The translations under genes were made by a program, and so were the position numbers. The notes beneath the pieces are model-generated. The model was not told where the DNA came from, ran no database searches, and saw only the letters and a list, made by a program, of their open reading frames with translations. From Chloroflexota bacterium (GTDB taxonomy: Bacteria; Chloroflexota; Dehalococcoidia; UBA2979): a stretch of 64,000 nucleotides of DNA. Position 1 is the first letter of the stretch. Each line of letters opens with the position of its first letter. Shown here piece by piece: positions 29,713 through 39,826 of the stretch. The stretch covers positions 96,001-160,000 of the forward strand of contig JAQCIU010000001.1 in assembly GCA_027593235.1 (NCBI GenBank). The letters are read 5' to 3'.

Positions 29713-31194
29713 ATGCCTGATGTGATCGTGGTCGGCGCGGGGAACGCGGCGATGTGCGCCGCACTGGCGGCGCGCGAGCGCGGCGCCGAGGTGGTGGTCC
29801 TCGAAAAGGCCGAACGCGGCGAGCGCGGCGGCAACACCTTCTTCACCGGCGGCGGCTACCGCTTCCCGTACCGCGGCATCGAGGACATCCAGGGGCTGAT
29901 CCCGGATCTGTCGGAGGCGGAGCTGGCACGCATCGATGTGGGTTCGTACCCGGAGTCGGAGATGCGCTCCGACCTGATGCGGGTGACGGAGAGCAAGGCC
30001 GATCCGGCGATGGTCGATCACCTGGTGACCCAGGCGTACCCCACGATGCGCTGGCTGCACGAGCAGCACGGCATGAAGTGGGTACTGATGTACGGCCGCC
30101 AGGCCTACGAGGTGGACGGCAAGCTGCGCTTCTGGGGCGGGATGATCACCGAGGGTGTCGGCGGCGGCGAAGGCATCTCGGAACAGGAGTTCGCGGCCGC
30201 CGAGCGCGCCGGCATCGAGATCCGCTACGGCGCGAAGGCGACGGCGCTGCTCACCGATGAGCACACCGGCCGGGTCACCGGCGTCCGCGTCCAGACCACG
30301 GGCCAGCTCGAGGACCTGCACGCGAAGTCCGTCGTCCTTGCCGCCGGCGGCTTCGAGGCGAACGTCGAGATGCGGACGCGCTACCTCGGGGCGGGTTGGG
30401 AGTTCGCGAAGGTACGCGGAACGCGACATAACACCGGCGAGGTGATTCGCCAGGCCCTCGAGATTGGGGCGCAGCCGTACGGGCACTGGTCGAGCGGGCA
30501 CGCCGTGGCGTGGGACCTCAATGCGCCGCCGACGGGCAACCGGCGGGTGGGCGACCTCTACCAGAAGCACTCGTACCCGCTGGGGCTGATCGTCAACATC
30601 AACGGCGACCGCTTCGTGGACGAGGGGGCGGACCTCCGCAACTACACCTACGCGAAATACGGCCGCGAGATCCTGAAGCAGCCGTACAGCGTGGCGTTCC
30701 AGCTCTTCGATCAGCAGACCGTGGCGATGCTCCGCGACGAGTACCGCATCCGCGAGATCACGAAGGGCGAGGGCGACACGATCGAGGCGCTCGCCGACAG
30801 CCTCGGGATCGAGGTCAACGGCCTCGTCAGCACCGTCGAGGCGTACAACGCTGCCTGCCAGCCCGGCGAGTTCAACCCGGCCGTCCGCGACGGCCTCCAC
30901 ACCGAGGGCATCGATCCGCCGAAGTCGAACTGGGCGCTGCCGCTGAACCAGCCCCCGTACTTCGGCGTCGCCGTCACCTGCGGCGTCACGTTCACCTTCG
31001 GCGGCCTCCGCATCGAGGCGAAGACGGCGCAGGTCCTCGATACGGAGGATCGCCCGATGCCGGGCCTCTACGCCGCGGGCGAGCTGGTCGGCGGGTTGTT
31101 CTACCACAACTACGCGGGCGGGACGGGGCTGATGTCAGGGTCGGTGTTTGGCCGTTCGGCGGGGTACGCGGCCGCGGAAGCGGCGCTCGCCTAG
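29713..31194 (+). CDS. tcuA: FAD-dependent tricarballylate dehydrogenase-like protein
   Basis: VVGAGNAA, RGGNTFFT, TFTFGGL, NYAGGTGL. Confidence 0.75.
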   Translation: MPDVIVVGAGNAAMCAALAARERGAEVVVLEKAERGERGGNTFFTGGGYRFPYRGIEDIQGLIPDLSEAELARIDVGSYPESEMRSDLMRVTESKADPAMVDHLVTQAYPTMRWLHEQHGMKWVLMYGRQAYEVDGKLRFWGGMITEGVGGGEGISEQEFAAAERAGIEIRYGAKATALLTDEHTGRVTGVRVQTTGQLEDLHAKSVVLAAGGFEANVEMRTRYLGAGWEFAKVRGTRHNTGEVIRQALEIGAQPYGHWSSGHAVAWDLNAPPTGNRRVGDLYQKHSYPLGLIVNINGDRFVDEGADLRNYTYAKYGREILKQPYSVAFQLFDQQTVAMLRDEYRIREITKGEGDTIEALADSLGIEVNGLVSTVEAYNAACQPGEFNPAVRDGLHTEGIDPPKSNWALPLNQPPYFGVAVTCGVTFTFGGLRIEAKTAQVLDTEDRPMPGLYAAGELVGGLFYHNYAGGTGLMSGSVFGRSAGYAAAEAALA

Positions 31195-31210
31195 CGGGTA
31201 GGTGCGGGGG

Positions 31211-31795
31211 CTACTCGCGGTCCAGCCATTTCTCGACATAGACGGGCTGGAACGCCTCGATGGCGGCGAGTAGGGCGGGGACATCGCCCTCGACGATCAG
31301 GGCGTCCCGCTGCGATTCGGCGAGGAAGCGCTCGCGGACCGCGCCGTCGATGAACTCCAGCAGCGGATCGAAGTAGCCAGCGATGTTGAAGAGCGCGCAC
31401 GGCTTCTGGTGCAGGCCGAGTTGTGACCACGTGAGCACTTCGAAGAACTCGTCGATCGTTCCGAAGCCGCCGGGCATCGCGACGAAGGCGTCCGACAACT
31501 CCACCATCATTGCCTTGCGCGCGTGCATGCAGTCGACCGTGTGAAGCTCGGTCAGCCCGGGGTGGGCGACCTCGTGGCTGACCAGCGATTCCGGGAGCAC
31601 GCCGATCACCTCGCCGCCGGCCTCCAGGGCGGCGTTGGCCAGGATGCCCATCAGCCCTACGTTCGCGCCGCCGTAGACCAGCCCCGTCCCGCGGCCGGCC
31701 AGCGCCACGCCGAGTGACTGAGCGGCGATGCGGTAGTCGTCGCGGCGGCCCGGACTGGATCCGGTGAAGACGCAGATGCGGCGAAGCGGGGCCAT
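31211..31795 (-). CDS. LOG-family (TIGR00730) protein
   Basis: VYGGANVGLMG, PGGFGTIDE. Confidence 0.9.
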   Translation of the reverse strand: MAPLRRICVFTGSSPGRRDDYRIAAQSLGVALAGRGTGLVYGGANVGLMGILANAALEAGGEVIGVLPESLVSHEVAHPGLTELHTVDCMHARKAMMVELSDAFVAMPGGFGTIDEFFEVLTWSQLGLHQKPCALFNIAGYFDPLLEFIDGAVRERFLAESQRDALIVEGDVPALLAAIEAFQPVYVEKWLDRE

Positions 31796-31935
31796 TTCTC
31801 CACCCAACGTTCGTCCGACCGCCGCTCGCCGCGTTGCGTGATCGGTCGTCCGAGGATGCGTGGAAGATCCGAACGGCGCACCTCACACCTCACTCCACCG
31901 CACGGTGTAGGCTCGCGAGGCGGAAGGGACTCTCC

Positions 31936-32988
31936 ATGGCCGAACCGGTCCAGTTCGGGCTGAATCGCTGGAACTTCAGTTCGCCTGCATCGTTCGCGCT
32001 CGATGTGCGAGAGGGCGAGGAGCAGGGCTGGAAACTGGCGCTGATCCCGTCGTCGCCGCTGCTGGTGCCGGACCCGTACGTGATGCTGGCCTTCGCGGCG
32101 CGGGGAACCGATCGGATCAAGCTGGGTCCGTTCATCGAGAACCCCGTGATGCGACACCCGGCGGTACTCGCCTCCTCGATCGCGACCGTTGACGCCGTCG
32201 CCAGCGGGCGCACGTTGCTGACGCTGGGATCGGGCGACACCTCCGTGCGGCTGATGGGCAAGCGCCCGGCGAAGGTCGTGGAGCTGGAGGAGGCGACGCA
32301 GCTTGCGCGCCAGCTCCTCTCCGGCGAGAACGTCGATACCGGGGCACGCCAGCCCGCACGGTTGCGGCACGCCCGCCGCGTCCCCGTCTGGATCGCCGCC
32401 GGCGGGCCGCGCACGTTGCGCATGGCCGGCCGCGTCGCCGACGGCGTCTTCATCCGCGTCGGCCGCCACGAGGCGAACCTGCGCGCGGCCGTGGAGGCCG
32501 TGCACGCCGGGGCCCGCGAGGTCGGTCGTGACTCTTCGGACGTGCAGATCGGCGTGGTACTGCACACGCTGCTGACCAACGATCACGCCTATGCGGCACG
32601 CGTCGGACGCGCGATCGCGGCGGGTTTCTACGAGTACTCGCCGATGCTGTTCGAGGGCGCCGGCCTCGAATGGGGCGGACCGGACGTGAAGTCGTTGCGG
32701 GACCGCGTCTGGCCGGACTTCCACCACGCCGAGGACCTGGCCGCCGCCGGTAAGGTCGTCGACTTCCTGAGCGACGAAGCCGCCGCGGCCTTCGCGGTGA
32801 GCGGCGGCACCGACGAGCTGGTGACGCAGCTTCGAGGCGTGCTCAAGCTCGGCTTGCCGATTTCGACGGTCGTGATCCACCGCCTCCCGGGCAACCCGGG
32901 AGCGAAGGCCGTGCGCGGTGCGCGCGGCTGGAAAGAGATCGTGGCGCGCGACGTGCTCGAACGGCTGCAGCCGGTCGCGATCGACTAG
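31936..32988 (+). CDS. LLM-class oxidoreductase
   Basis: [28 protein letters not shown]. Confidence 0.85.
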   Translation: MAEPVQFGLNRWNFSSPASFALDVREGEEQGWKLALIPSSPLLVPDPYVMLAFAARGTDRIKLGPFIENPVMRHPAVLASSIATVDAVASGRTLLTLGSGDTSVRLMGKRPAKVVELEEATQLARQLLSGENVDTGARQPARLRHARRVPVWIAAGGPRTLRMAGRVADGVFIRVGRHEANLRAAVEAVHAGAREVGRDSSDVQIGVVLHTLLTNDHAYAARVGRAIAAGFYEYSPMLFEGAGLEWGGPDVKSLRDRVWPDFHHAEDLAAAGKVVDFLSDEAAAAFAVSGGTDELVTQLRGVLKLGLPISTVVIHRLPGNPGAKAVRGARGWKEIVARDVLERLQPVAID

Positions 32989-33521
32989 CGCTTCTTCGGC
33001 TTGCCCGCCTGCGCCAGCAGCTCCGCGTAGGCCTCGTGGTTTGCCGCGTTGAAGCAGACCAGCGTGACCTCGTCGATGTTGGCGTTCACCTCGAGGACCT
33101 CGCGGATCGCTGCGAGGGCGATCGCGGCGGCGCGGCGGATCGGGAAGCCGTAGAGGCCCGTGCTGATCGAGGGGAACGCGATCGTGCGCGCCCCCAGTTC
33201 GAGGGCGAGCGCGAGCGAGTTGCGGTAGCAAGCGACGAGCGTCGCGTCCTCGCCGTTGTCGCCGCCACGCCAGATCGGTCCGACGGTGTGAATGATCAGC
33301 GCCGCCGGCAGCGCGTAGCCCGCGGTCGCACGCGCCTCGCCCGGCGGGCAGCCACCGAGGTCGCGACAGGCATCGAGGAGTGCGGGGCCTGCCGCCGCGT
33401 GGATCGCGCCGTCCACGCCGCCGCCGCCACGCAGCTCGGCATTCGCGGCGTTGACGATCGCGTCGACCTCCAGGGTCGTGATGTCGTCGCGGATCAGGCG
33501 GATGCGGGGGTCCGCGGTCAC
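32985..33521 (-). CDS. Macrodomain O-acetyl-ADP-ribose deacetylase
   Basis: [28 protein letters not shown]. Confidence 0.92.
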   Translation of the reverse strand: MTADPRIRLIRDDITTLEVDAIVNAANAELRGGGGVDGAIHAAAGPALLDACRDLGGCPPGEARATAGYALPAALIIHTVGPIWRGGDNGEDATLVACYRNSLALALELGARTIAFPSISTGLYGFPIRRAAAIALAAIREVLEVNANIDEVTLVCFNAANHEAYAELLAQAGKPKKR

Positions 33522-34582
33522 GGCTCCGGTTCCGTTCCGTCGACGGCTTCGACCACGATCTCGGTCAGCTCCTCGGCAGCGCGTTCGCTGTAGCCGAAGA
33601 GGTCACGCATCTTCAGGTCGAGCGACCACATCGCGACCAGCCCGGTCGCGCCGATCCAGACCATCAGCAGCAGGCGGGAGCCAATCGCGTAACTGGAAGC
33701 ATCGAGGCGGGTCGATCCGAGCAGCACCAGCACCTCGGTCACGGCGACCTCGTAGGGGCCGATGCTCCAGGGGGTGAGCGGGATCGCCTGCGCCATGTTG
33801 GCGGCGATCATCACGGTCAGCGCCTCGGAGAAGGCGAGCTCGATGCCGAAGGCCTTGCCCATGTACCACCAGACGCCAACCTCCAGCAGCCAGGCAAAGA
33901 CAGAGAGGGCGACGGCGATCACGGCGCTGCGCCAGTCGCTGAGCGCCGTCATGCCGGTCACCCACTGACCGAGCCAGCGGTTCACGTGCGGGCGTGCCCG
34001 TCGCGGGACCAGTAGCCGCCAGACGCTGTTGTCGACGGACCAGCTATTCCCTCGGCGGGCGGCGCGGATCGAGACGGAGGCGACGAGCAGCACGACCGCT
34101 GCCAGCGCACCGACCCCCGGTCGCAGCGAGGTGGGGAGATCGAAGATCAGCAGCCCGCCGAACGCAAGCAGCACGAACGCGACGCCATCGAGCAGCGACT
34201 CGACGAGGAAGACGCTGCTCGCCATCTCCGCGCGCGGAACGCCGTAACGGCGGCTGGGCAGCTCGACGCGCAGCAGATCGCCGGCCCGCAACGGCACGAT
34301 CGCGTTCGCGAGGTTGGACACCAGGAACAGCTCAAAGAGGCGGCGGAACGGGATCCCCTTGCGGTGGCGGAGGAACCAGCGCCAGCGGTAGGCGTGCACG
34401 AACTTCGACAGCGAGAAGGTGAGCGTGCCAGCGAGCGCCCACTTCAGTTGGAGCTCCGGCAGGTTGCGGACGGCGCCGACGACATCGACGCGCCAGAGGA
34501 AGGCGGCGAGGATGAAGCCGCCGAGGAAGAGCTGGACAAGGATCGCGGTGCGCCAACGCCGGCTTGCCGGTGCCGCTGTCAC
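33518..34582 (-). CDS. Lysylphosphatidylglycerol-synthase-TM (flippase-like) protein
   Basis: [25 protein letters not shown]. Confidence 0.8.
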   Translation of the reverse strand: MTAAPASRRWRTAILVQLFLGGFILAAFLWRVDVVGAVRNLPELQLKWALAGTLTFSLSKFVHAYRWRWFLRHRKGIPFRRLFELFLVSNLANAIVPLRAGDLLRVELPSRRYGVPRAEMASSVFLVESLLDGVAFVLLAFGGLLIFDLPTSLRPGVGALAAVVLLVASVSIRAARRGNSWSVDNSVWRLLVPRRARPHVNRWLGQWVTGMTALSDWRSAVIAVALSVFAWLLEVGVWWYMGKAFGIELAFSEALTVMIAANMAQAIPLTPWSIGPYEVAVTEVLVLLGSTRLDASSYAIGSRLLLMVWIGATGLVAMWSLDLKMRDLFGYSERAAEELTEIVVEAVDGTEPEP

Positions 34583-34805
34583 GCCTGGGGTCTTCACGCG
34601 GCACGGACCAGCGACCCACCGATCGGCGCGGGCAACCCCGGCTCGGGTCGAGGCCGGGTGGTGGCGAATATCGGCGCGCGTTCGCGCGAGCGTGGGCGGT
34701 CCGGCATCGTGCAACAGCGTAACCCCGGGACAGGCGCGAATCGCCGATCACCGGAGGATGACACGCGCATCATCCGCCGGTCCCGTGGACTGTCCGAGGA
34801 GCGAC

Positions 34806-36179
34806 ATGGACGACGCTGGTGCAGCGCGTAAGCCCGGCGACCCGGGAGCACCTCCCGCACCGGCGACGGCGCGGGTGCCGGTGCGCGCGATCTCGCTGCT
34901 GCTCCCTTCGGCGCTGAACCTGGGCATCGCGCAACTGCTGGCGCCGGTGTTGAACGCGCTGCTCGCACGCACCTCCGATCCGGAAGCGGCGATTGGCGGC
35001 TTCGCCGTTGCGCTGGGCATCAGCGGGTTGATCGCGGTGCCGCAGCTCCGTATCCAGCACCTGACGCTCGTGTTCCTCGAGGGCCGGTCGTCGCTGTTGG
35101 CGTTGCGCCGCTTCGTCGCTGTGTTTGTCGTGGCGGTCAGTGCGGTCGCGCTGTTGGTGGCGCTCACGCCGCTGTCCGGCCTGGTGCTCGGCCGCTTGTT
35201 CGCCACCGAGGGCAACATCCGCGACGAGGCGGCGGTGTCGCTCATCGCGCTGATCCCGTTCCCCGCGCTGACCGTCGCGCGCATGCACCTCTACGGAATC
35301 GCGCTCCGCTCGGAACGTCCGAGGGTGGTCTGGGCCGGCACCGTCGGCGGCGCCACGGCGGTGCTCGCCACCGCCTCGGTACTGCTCGCGCTCGGCGTCG
35401 ATGGCGCGCCGGTCGCCGCGATCGCCGTCAGCGTCGGCGCGGCCCTCGAGGTCGCAGGGCTGTCGGTGCTGGCGGGCGGCCTCGGATCGGATCGCCTCGT
35501 GTCGATCGAGGCGCCCAGCCAGCGCGCCCTGCTGGTGTTCTTCACGCCGCTGCTATTCGCTGCGTTCCTCCCCGCCGTCAGCACGCCGCTAATCACCGCG
35601 ACGATCGCGCGCGCGCCTGAGGCGGACGTCTCGCTGGCCGCCTTCCCGCTCGCGATGAGCGTCTTCACCTTCGTCACGCTGATCGCCGGCGGCGTGCAAC
35701 CGACAGTGCTCTCGCAGTTCAGCCGCGGCGACGATCCTCGCGGCATCCGGCGCTTCGCCGTCATCGTGGGCTTCGTCGCGATGATCGGCGGGTTGCTCGT
35801 GGCCTGGGTGCCGCCGCTGACGGAGCTGGTGATCGCCGACATGCTCGGCGCGTCCGGTCGGCTGTTCGATCTGTCGGTGGTGGGCCTGCGCGTGCTCTCG
35901 TTCCTGCCGCCGCTGCTCACCGTGGAGCAGCTCTACGCCGCAGTGCTGTTGCACACGAAGCGCACTCGAGCGCTGGTCTGGGTGAACGCCTGGCGCCTGC
36001 TCGGGCTGGTTCTCTATGTGGTGCTGGTACTTCGGCTGACCGACTGGTCAGGGGCGGCGGTGGGCGCCGGCGCGATCTCGTTCACGCTGGCGCTGGAGGC
36101 CGTGGTCGCCGTGCTCTACGGCCGAGGGCCGTTCCTCGGCATGTTGCGGGCGGCGTCTCCGCGGCACCCCTCGCGCTGA
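34806..36179 (+). CDS. MATE/MOP-fold (ANKH-like) membrane protein
   Basis: Two internally similar halves (PVLNALLAR..LG / PLITATIAR..LAAF), about 12 TM. Confidence 0.6.
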   Translation: MDDAGAARKPGDPGAPPAPATARVPVRAISLLLPSALNLGIAQLLAPVLNALLARTSDPEAAIGGFAVALGISGLIAVPQLRIQHLTLVFLEGRSSLLALRRFVAVFVVAVSAVALLVALTPLSGLVLGRLFATEGNIRDEAAVSLIALIPFPALTVARMHLYGIALRSERPRVVWAGTVGGATAVLATASVLLALGVDGAPVAAIAVSVGAALEVAGLSVLAGGLGSDRLVSIEAPSQRALLVFFTPLLFAAFLPAVSTPLITATIARAPEADVSLAAFPLAMSVFTFVTLIAGGVQPTVLSQFSRGDDPRGIRRFAVIVGFVAMIGGLLVAWVPPLTELVIADMLGASGRLFDLSVVGLRVLSFLPPLLTVEQLYAAVLLHTKRTRALVWVNAWRLLGLVLYVVLVLRLTDWSGAAVGAGAISFTLALEAVVAVLYGRGPFLGMLRAASPRHPSR

Positions 36180-36190
36180 TCCGCGCAAGT

Positions 36191-36230
36191 GCCATCGAGG
36201 GCGGGCAAGCGCCATCGAGGGCGGGCGAGC
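36191..36230 (+). repeat. Tandem 20-bp duplication
   Basis: GCCATCGAGGGCGGGCAAGC / GCCATCGAGGGCGGGCGAGC. Confidence 0.85.
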
Positions 36231-36303
36231 GCCGCCGGACGGACGCCGGACCGGCGCGCGGCGCGGTAGGCTCTGGGCCAGGCCCAGCTTCGGGAGGTGG
36301 ACC

Positions 36304-36903
36304 ATGCGCGTTCGAGGGGTTGCACTCGCCGGCGGACTCGCCGCCGTCGGCACACTCTGGGCGGCGGTCGCGCGGCGCAGCCGCGGCGGCGACGGCGCTG
36401 ACGACGAGGATCGCAGCGGGAACGGCCCGCCCTCGTTCCGATCGCACTTCACCGTGCGCGCCCCGCTCGAGGTGGTCGCCCGCTTCCACGCCGATCCTCG
36501 GGCGCTGCTCCGCTTGACCCCGCCGCCGACGATCATCCGCGTGCACCGCATGGATCCGCTCGCCGAAGGCTCGGTCAGCGACTTCACGATGTGGGTCGGT
36601 CCGCCGATCCACTGGCGTGCCGTCCACAGCGACCTCGGCCCGAATGGCTTCACCGATACCCAGGAGCGCGGCCCGATGGCGCGCTGGGTGCACCGCCATT
36701 ACTACCGCGCACTCGCGCCCGATCGCACCGAGGTGACCGACGAGATCTGGTACGCCCACCCGGCGGGGTGGCGCGGCCTGCTCACGCGCCTGCTCTTCTC
36801 CACCATCCCGCTACGCGGCCTCTTCGCCTACCGCTCGTGGGTCACCCGCCGCACCCTCGACTCGCGACGCGACAGCTCGCTGGAGTGGCACGCCTCCGAG
36901 TAG
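36304..36903 (+). CDS. SRPBCC-family protein
   Basis: LTPPP, FTDTQERGPM..W.H.H. Confidence 0.8.
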   Translation: MRVRGVALAGGLAAVGTLWAAVARRSRGGDGADDEDRSGNGPPSFRSHFTVRAPLEVVARFHADPRALLRLTPPPTIIRVHRMDPLAEGSVSDFTMWVGPPIHWRAVHSDLGPNGFTDTQERGPMARWVHRHYYRALAPDRTEVTDEIWYAHPAGWRGLLTRLLFSTIPLRGLFAYRSWVTRRTLDSRRDSSLEWHASE

Positions 36904-37019
36904 CGCCCGATTCGCGGGAGATCCGCGTCAGGCCGTCACGCCGGGCACGGAGTCGCGCCTCGGCCCCCGCGGAGCTTCGCTCCGAGTCTGTCTAGGTTGT
37001 GAAAAAGCTCTTTAGCGAA

Positions 37020-37522
37020 TGGACATAACCTCACCCATTCCACACCGTGGAAGGAGTATGTTCACCGCGACCCCCGCTCCGCGCGGGGGCCGACGGTCCG
37101 GGGATGGATCCCGCGGACCGGTCCTTCCTGGCGGGGGGACTCGGCAACCAGCACGGATGCGAGTCGGAGGGGAAACACCTCCCGACGGTCACCGGCGTGC
37201 ACCAATCTCGGTCGGCGTGCGACCTCGATACCGTCTGGGACGACCAGTTCGACGAGCAATACACAAGAAGGCCCCGACGTGGCAGCAACCACGTCGAGGC
37301 CGGTGCGAGGGGTGCGTCAGCCCGCCCCCAGTGCAATCACAGATTGTACGCGGGTTCGCGACCTCTTACGGGTCCGAGCCCGCGTGTTCGTTAACGCGCG
37401 CCTCGCAAACCTCGCACCTCGGACGGAGGTGTACGCGAGGGAGATTCGAGTCCCCGGGGACGACAACGACCGCCCCGGCTGCGAATGCGATCAGACGACG
37501 AACACCATTCTTGGAAGGATGG
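37020..37522 (+). ncRNA. Candidate large structured leader RNA
   Basis: At least eight hairpins pairable by eye, no credible ORF; see findings. Confidence 0.5.
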
Positions 37523-37526
37523 ACCT

Positions 37527-37994
37527 GTGCTCCGGAAACTCTTTGCAACAACCATGGGTGTCGCGCTCACCGGAGCGGCGATCGTCGGTGGCGTCTACGC
37601 GTGGGATGCGAGTGCCGGTTCCGGCACACAGGTGGCCACGGTCGGTACCGCCTCGATCTCAGTGCAGTACACCCCGAGCGCGAACCTGCTCGGTCCGAAC
37701 GGAACCTCCGTGCTCGTTGGCGATGGCTCCATCACCAACGGAGGAAGTTTCCCTGTATCGATCAGCAGCGGATCCGTCGCCATCGATGCGTTGACGAGTA
37801 ACGCACCGAATGGTCCGGGCACTTGCGTCCTCGGAGATTTCGCCGGATCAGTCACCGTGACTGATGCTTCAGCAGTGGCACCGACCGCCAGCGGCGGCGG
37901 GTTCGACGTCAATGTCCTTACCGGTGCCGGAGCCGCTGCAGATTGCCAGGGGGACACGGTCGATTACACCGTGACCATCAACGCAACGACGTAG
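37527..37994 (+). CDS. TasA/CalY-like secreted subunit with SipW-type signal peptide
   Basis: GGVYA-W cleavage-type motif, GPNG, ITNGG, two Cys (TC..CQG). Confidence 0.7.
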   Translation: MLRKLFATTMGVALTGAAIVGGVYAWDASAGSGTQVATVGTASISVQYTPSANLLGPNGTSVLVGDGSITNGGSFPVSISSGSVAIDALTSNAPNGPGTCVLGDFAGSVTVTDASAVAPTASGGGFDVNVLTGAGAAADCQGDTVDYTVTINATT

Positions 37995-38007
37995 GAGAGG
38001 CTTGGAA

Positions 38008-38598
38008 GTGAGTCGGTCGGCGACGCTTCGCGCGGTCTTCGCTTCCATGTTTCTTCTGGCGTCCGTCGGGGCGTCCTTGGTCGGTGCGGCGTTCGCATGG
38101 AGCGCGAACGGCGGTGCGATTGACACCGCGAGTGTGGGGGCGAACGGCATGATTGTCCTCATCTTCCCCAGCGGTTCGATCGGACCAAACGGGCAAACGG
38201 CGACCGTCGCTACCGGACGAATTAAGAACTCGGGGGATTTCACGCTGGCAATTACCGGCGGCTCCGTAAGCATCGATGGCCTGACTCCGGCAGCTCCGGG
38301 CGGCCTCGCCTGTGCTGCCGGAGATTTTTCGGGGAACGTCATTGCGTTGCCGCCGTCTCACGTTGGACCCGGTTCGGTCAGCATCCCCGATTTCAATGTG
38401 GTGATCGCCACGGCGCTCGACCGGCGATCAGATCGCCGGGAGACTCTGGCTGCATCTCCCGAATGCCGGCGGTTGGCTCCAGAAGCTACGGGAGCCATTC
38501 AACTTCGGGCTGTTGGCGATGGGGATGGCGCTCGCGGCCGGAGTCGGCGGGACGGAACTGCGGCGGCGACGCCGGAGACGGAGCAGAACAATGCGTGA
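38008..38598 (+). pseudogene. Second TasA-like subunit, similarity ends at ~38410, chimeric tail
   Basis: GAAFA-W, IGPNG, IKNSG, C..GDFSG align with upstream paralog; terminal CQG segment missing. Confidence 0.65.
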
Positions 38599-39826
38599 TT
38601 CTCAGGAACGATCGGGCGCCCCTGCCGTCGATCGCCGCGCGGACGGCGACCAGCGCGGTGGCTGGCGGCGCGATTGGCGGCGCGATTGGCGACGGGAATG
38701 GCGCGGCACGGTGCCGATGGCGCTGATGGGCGTCGTGAGCCTCGGTGCGGTGCTGATCGTCGTGTTCGCGATGCTCGCGTTCACCTCGTTCCGGCGGAGC
38801 ACGGAGAGCAGCGAGTACGTCGAGCGCCTCCAGTACCAGCAGGAAGCCTCGATGCACTACGAGGTCACGATGGCGCGTTCGTCGCTGTACCCGGGCGGAG
38901 TGTTCCTCCCGCGCGGCCCCGCGCTCGACACGGCGGCCTTCCAGGGCGTCGGCTCGACCGCGACCGTCGACAGCTTCTCGACCCGCCTCGCCAGCGACCT
39001 CGAGATCGGCATTCACTACGAGCTGGTCAGCGCGGCGTTCGCCGATCCGGCGGTCGATCCGCAGGCGCTCGCGGGGACGGTCAGCGCCACCCTCGAGATA
39101 CAGTCCGGGCGCGACGGGTGGATCCAGGTCCGCCCCTTGATCGGCACGCAGGAGTTCAGCGGTCCGACCGTGGACGCGATCGGGACCGTCAATCTTCGTG
39201 GCATCGCCGCGCTCGTCGAGCGGATCGAAGAGGAAACCGGGATCGTCCCGCCTCAGTATCTGCTCCGCGTGGTCCCGACGATTGAGCTGAGCGGCCCGAT
39301 CGGTGTCGAGTCGATCCGAGAGGTCTTCAGCCCCGTCTTCACATTCGCCTATAACTCGACTCAGGTCGCGACCGATGCGCGTCTGGTGCGCGGTGAATCG
39401 CGCATCATCGGACAGGACGTCACCTCCCAGGAGCGGATCAGCTACGCCGGATTCCAGGGCAGCGTGTCGGAGGCCCGTCAGATCGCGACGGCTGGTCTGG
39501 CGCTCTCAATCGCCGCCGTGGCCATCGCCGGAGCGATGCTCCAGTTGGGAATCGGCAGCGACGAGGACTCCCACATCCGCCAGCGATACCGCTCGCGGCT
39601 GGTGGCCGTCGCCACCAGCGGCAGCGCGCACCCACGTGACACGATCCAGCTCGCCTCGATCCAGGATCTGGCGCGGGTCGCCGACCGCTCCGGCGGGTTG
39701 ATCCTCTCCGAGCGGGGTCATCGCGGGACCCGCTACTTCGTGCCCGACGGTGACGAGATCTACGAGTACGAAACCGTCCGCGGCGAACGGCCGAGCAGCC
39801 GGGCGGCAGTGCCGGAGGTGCAGTGA
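38417..39826 (+). pseudogene. SipW-DUF5305-like fusion lacking the peptidase catalytic domain
   Basis: Frame opens with DQIAGRLWLHLPNAGGWLQKLREP (resembles S26B tail), TM, poly-Arg, then DUF5305-like region ending in LASIQDLARVA...YEY. Confidence 0.6.

Noticed and set aside
37439-37456. T-loop-like GATTCGAGTCCC as tRNA/tmRNA
   Set aside because: No acceptor stem, D or anticodon arm, or CCA end
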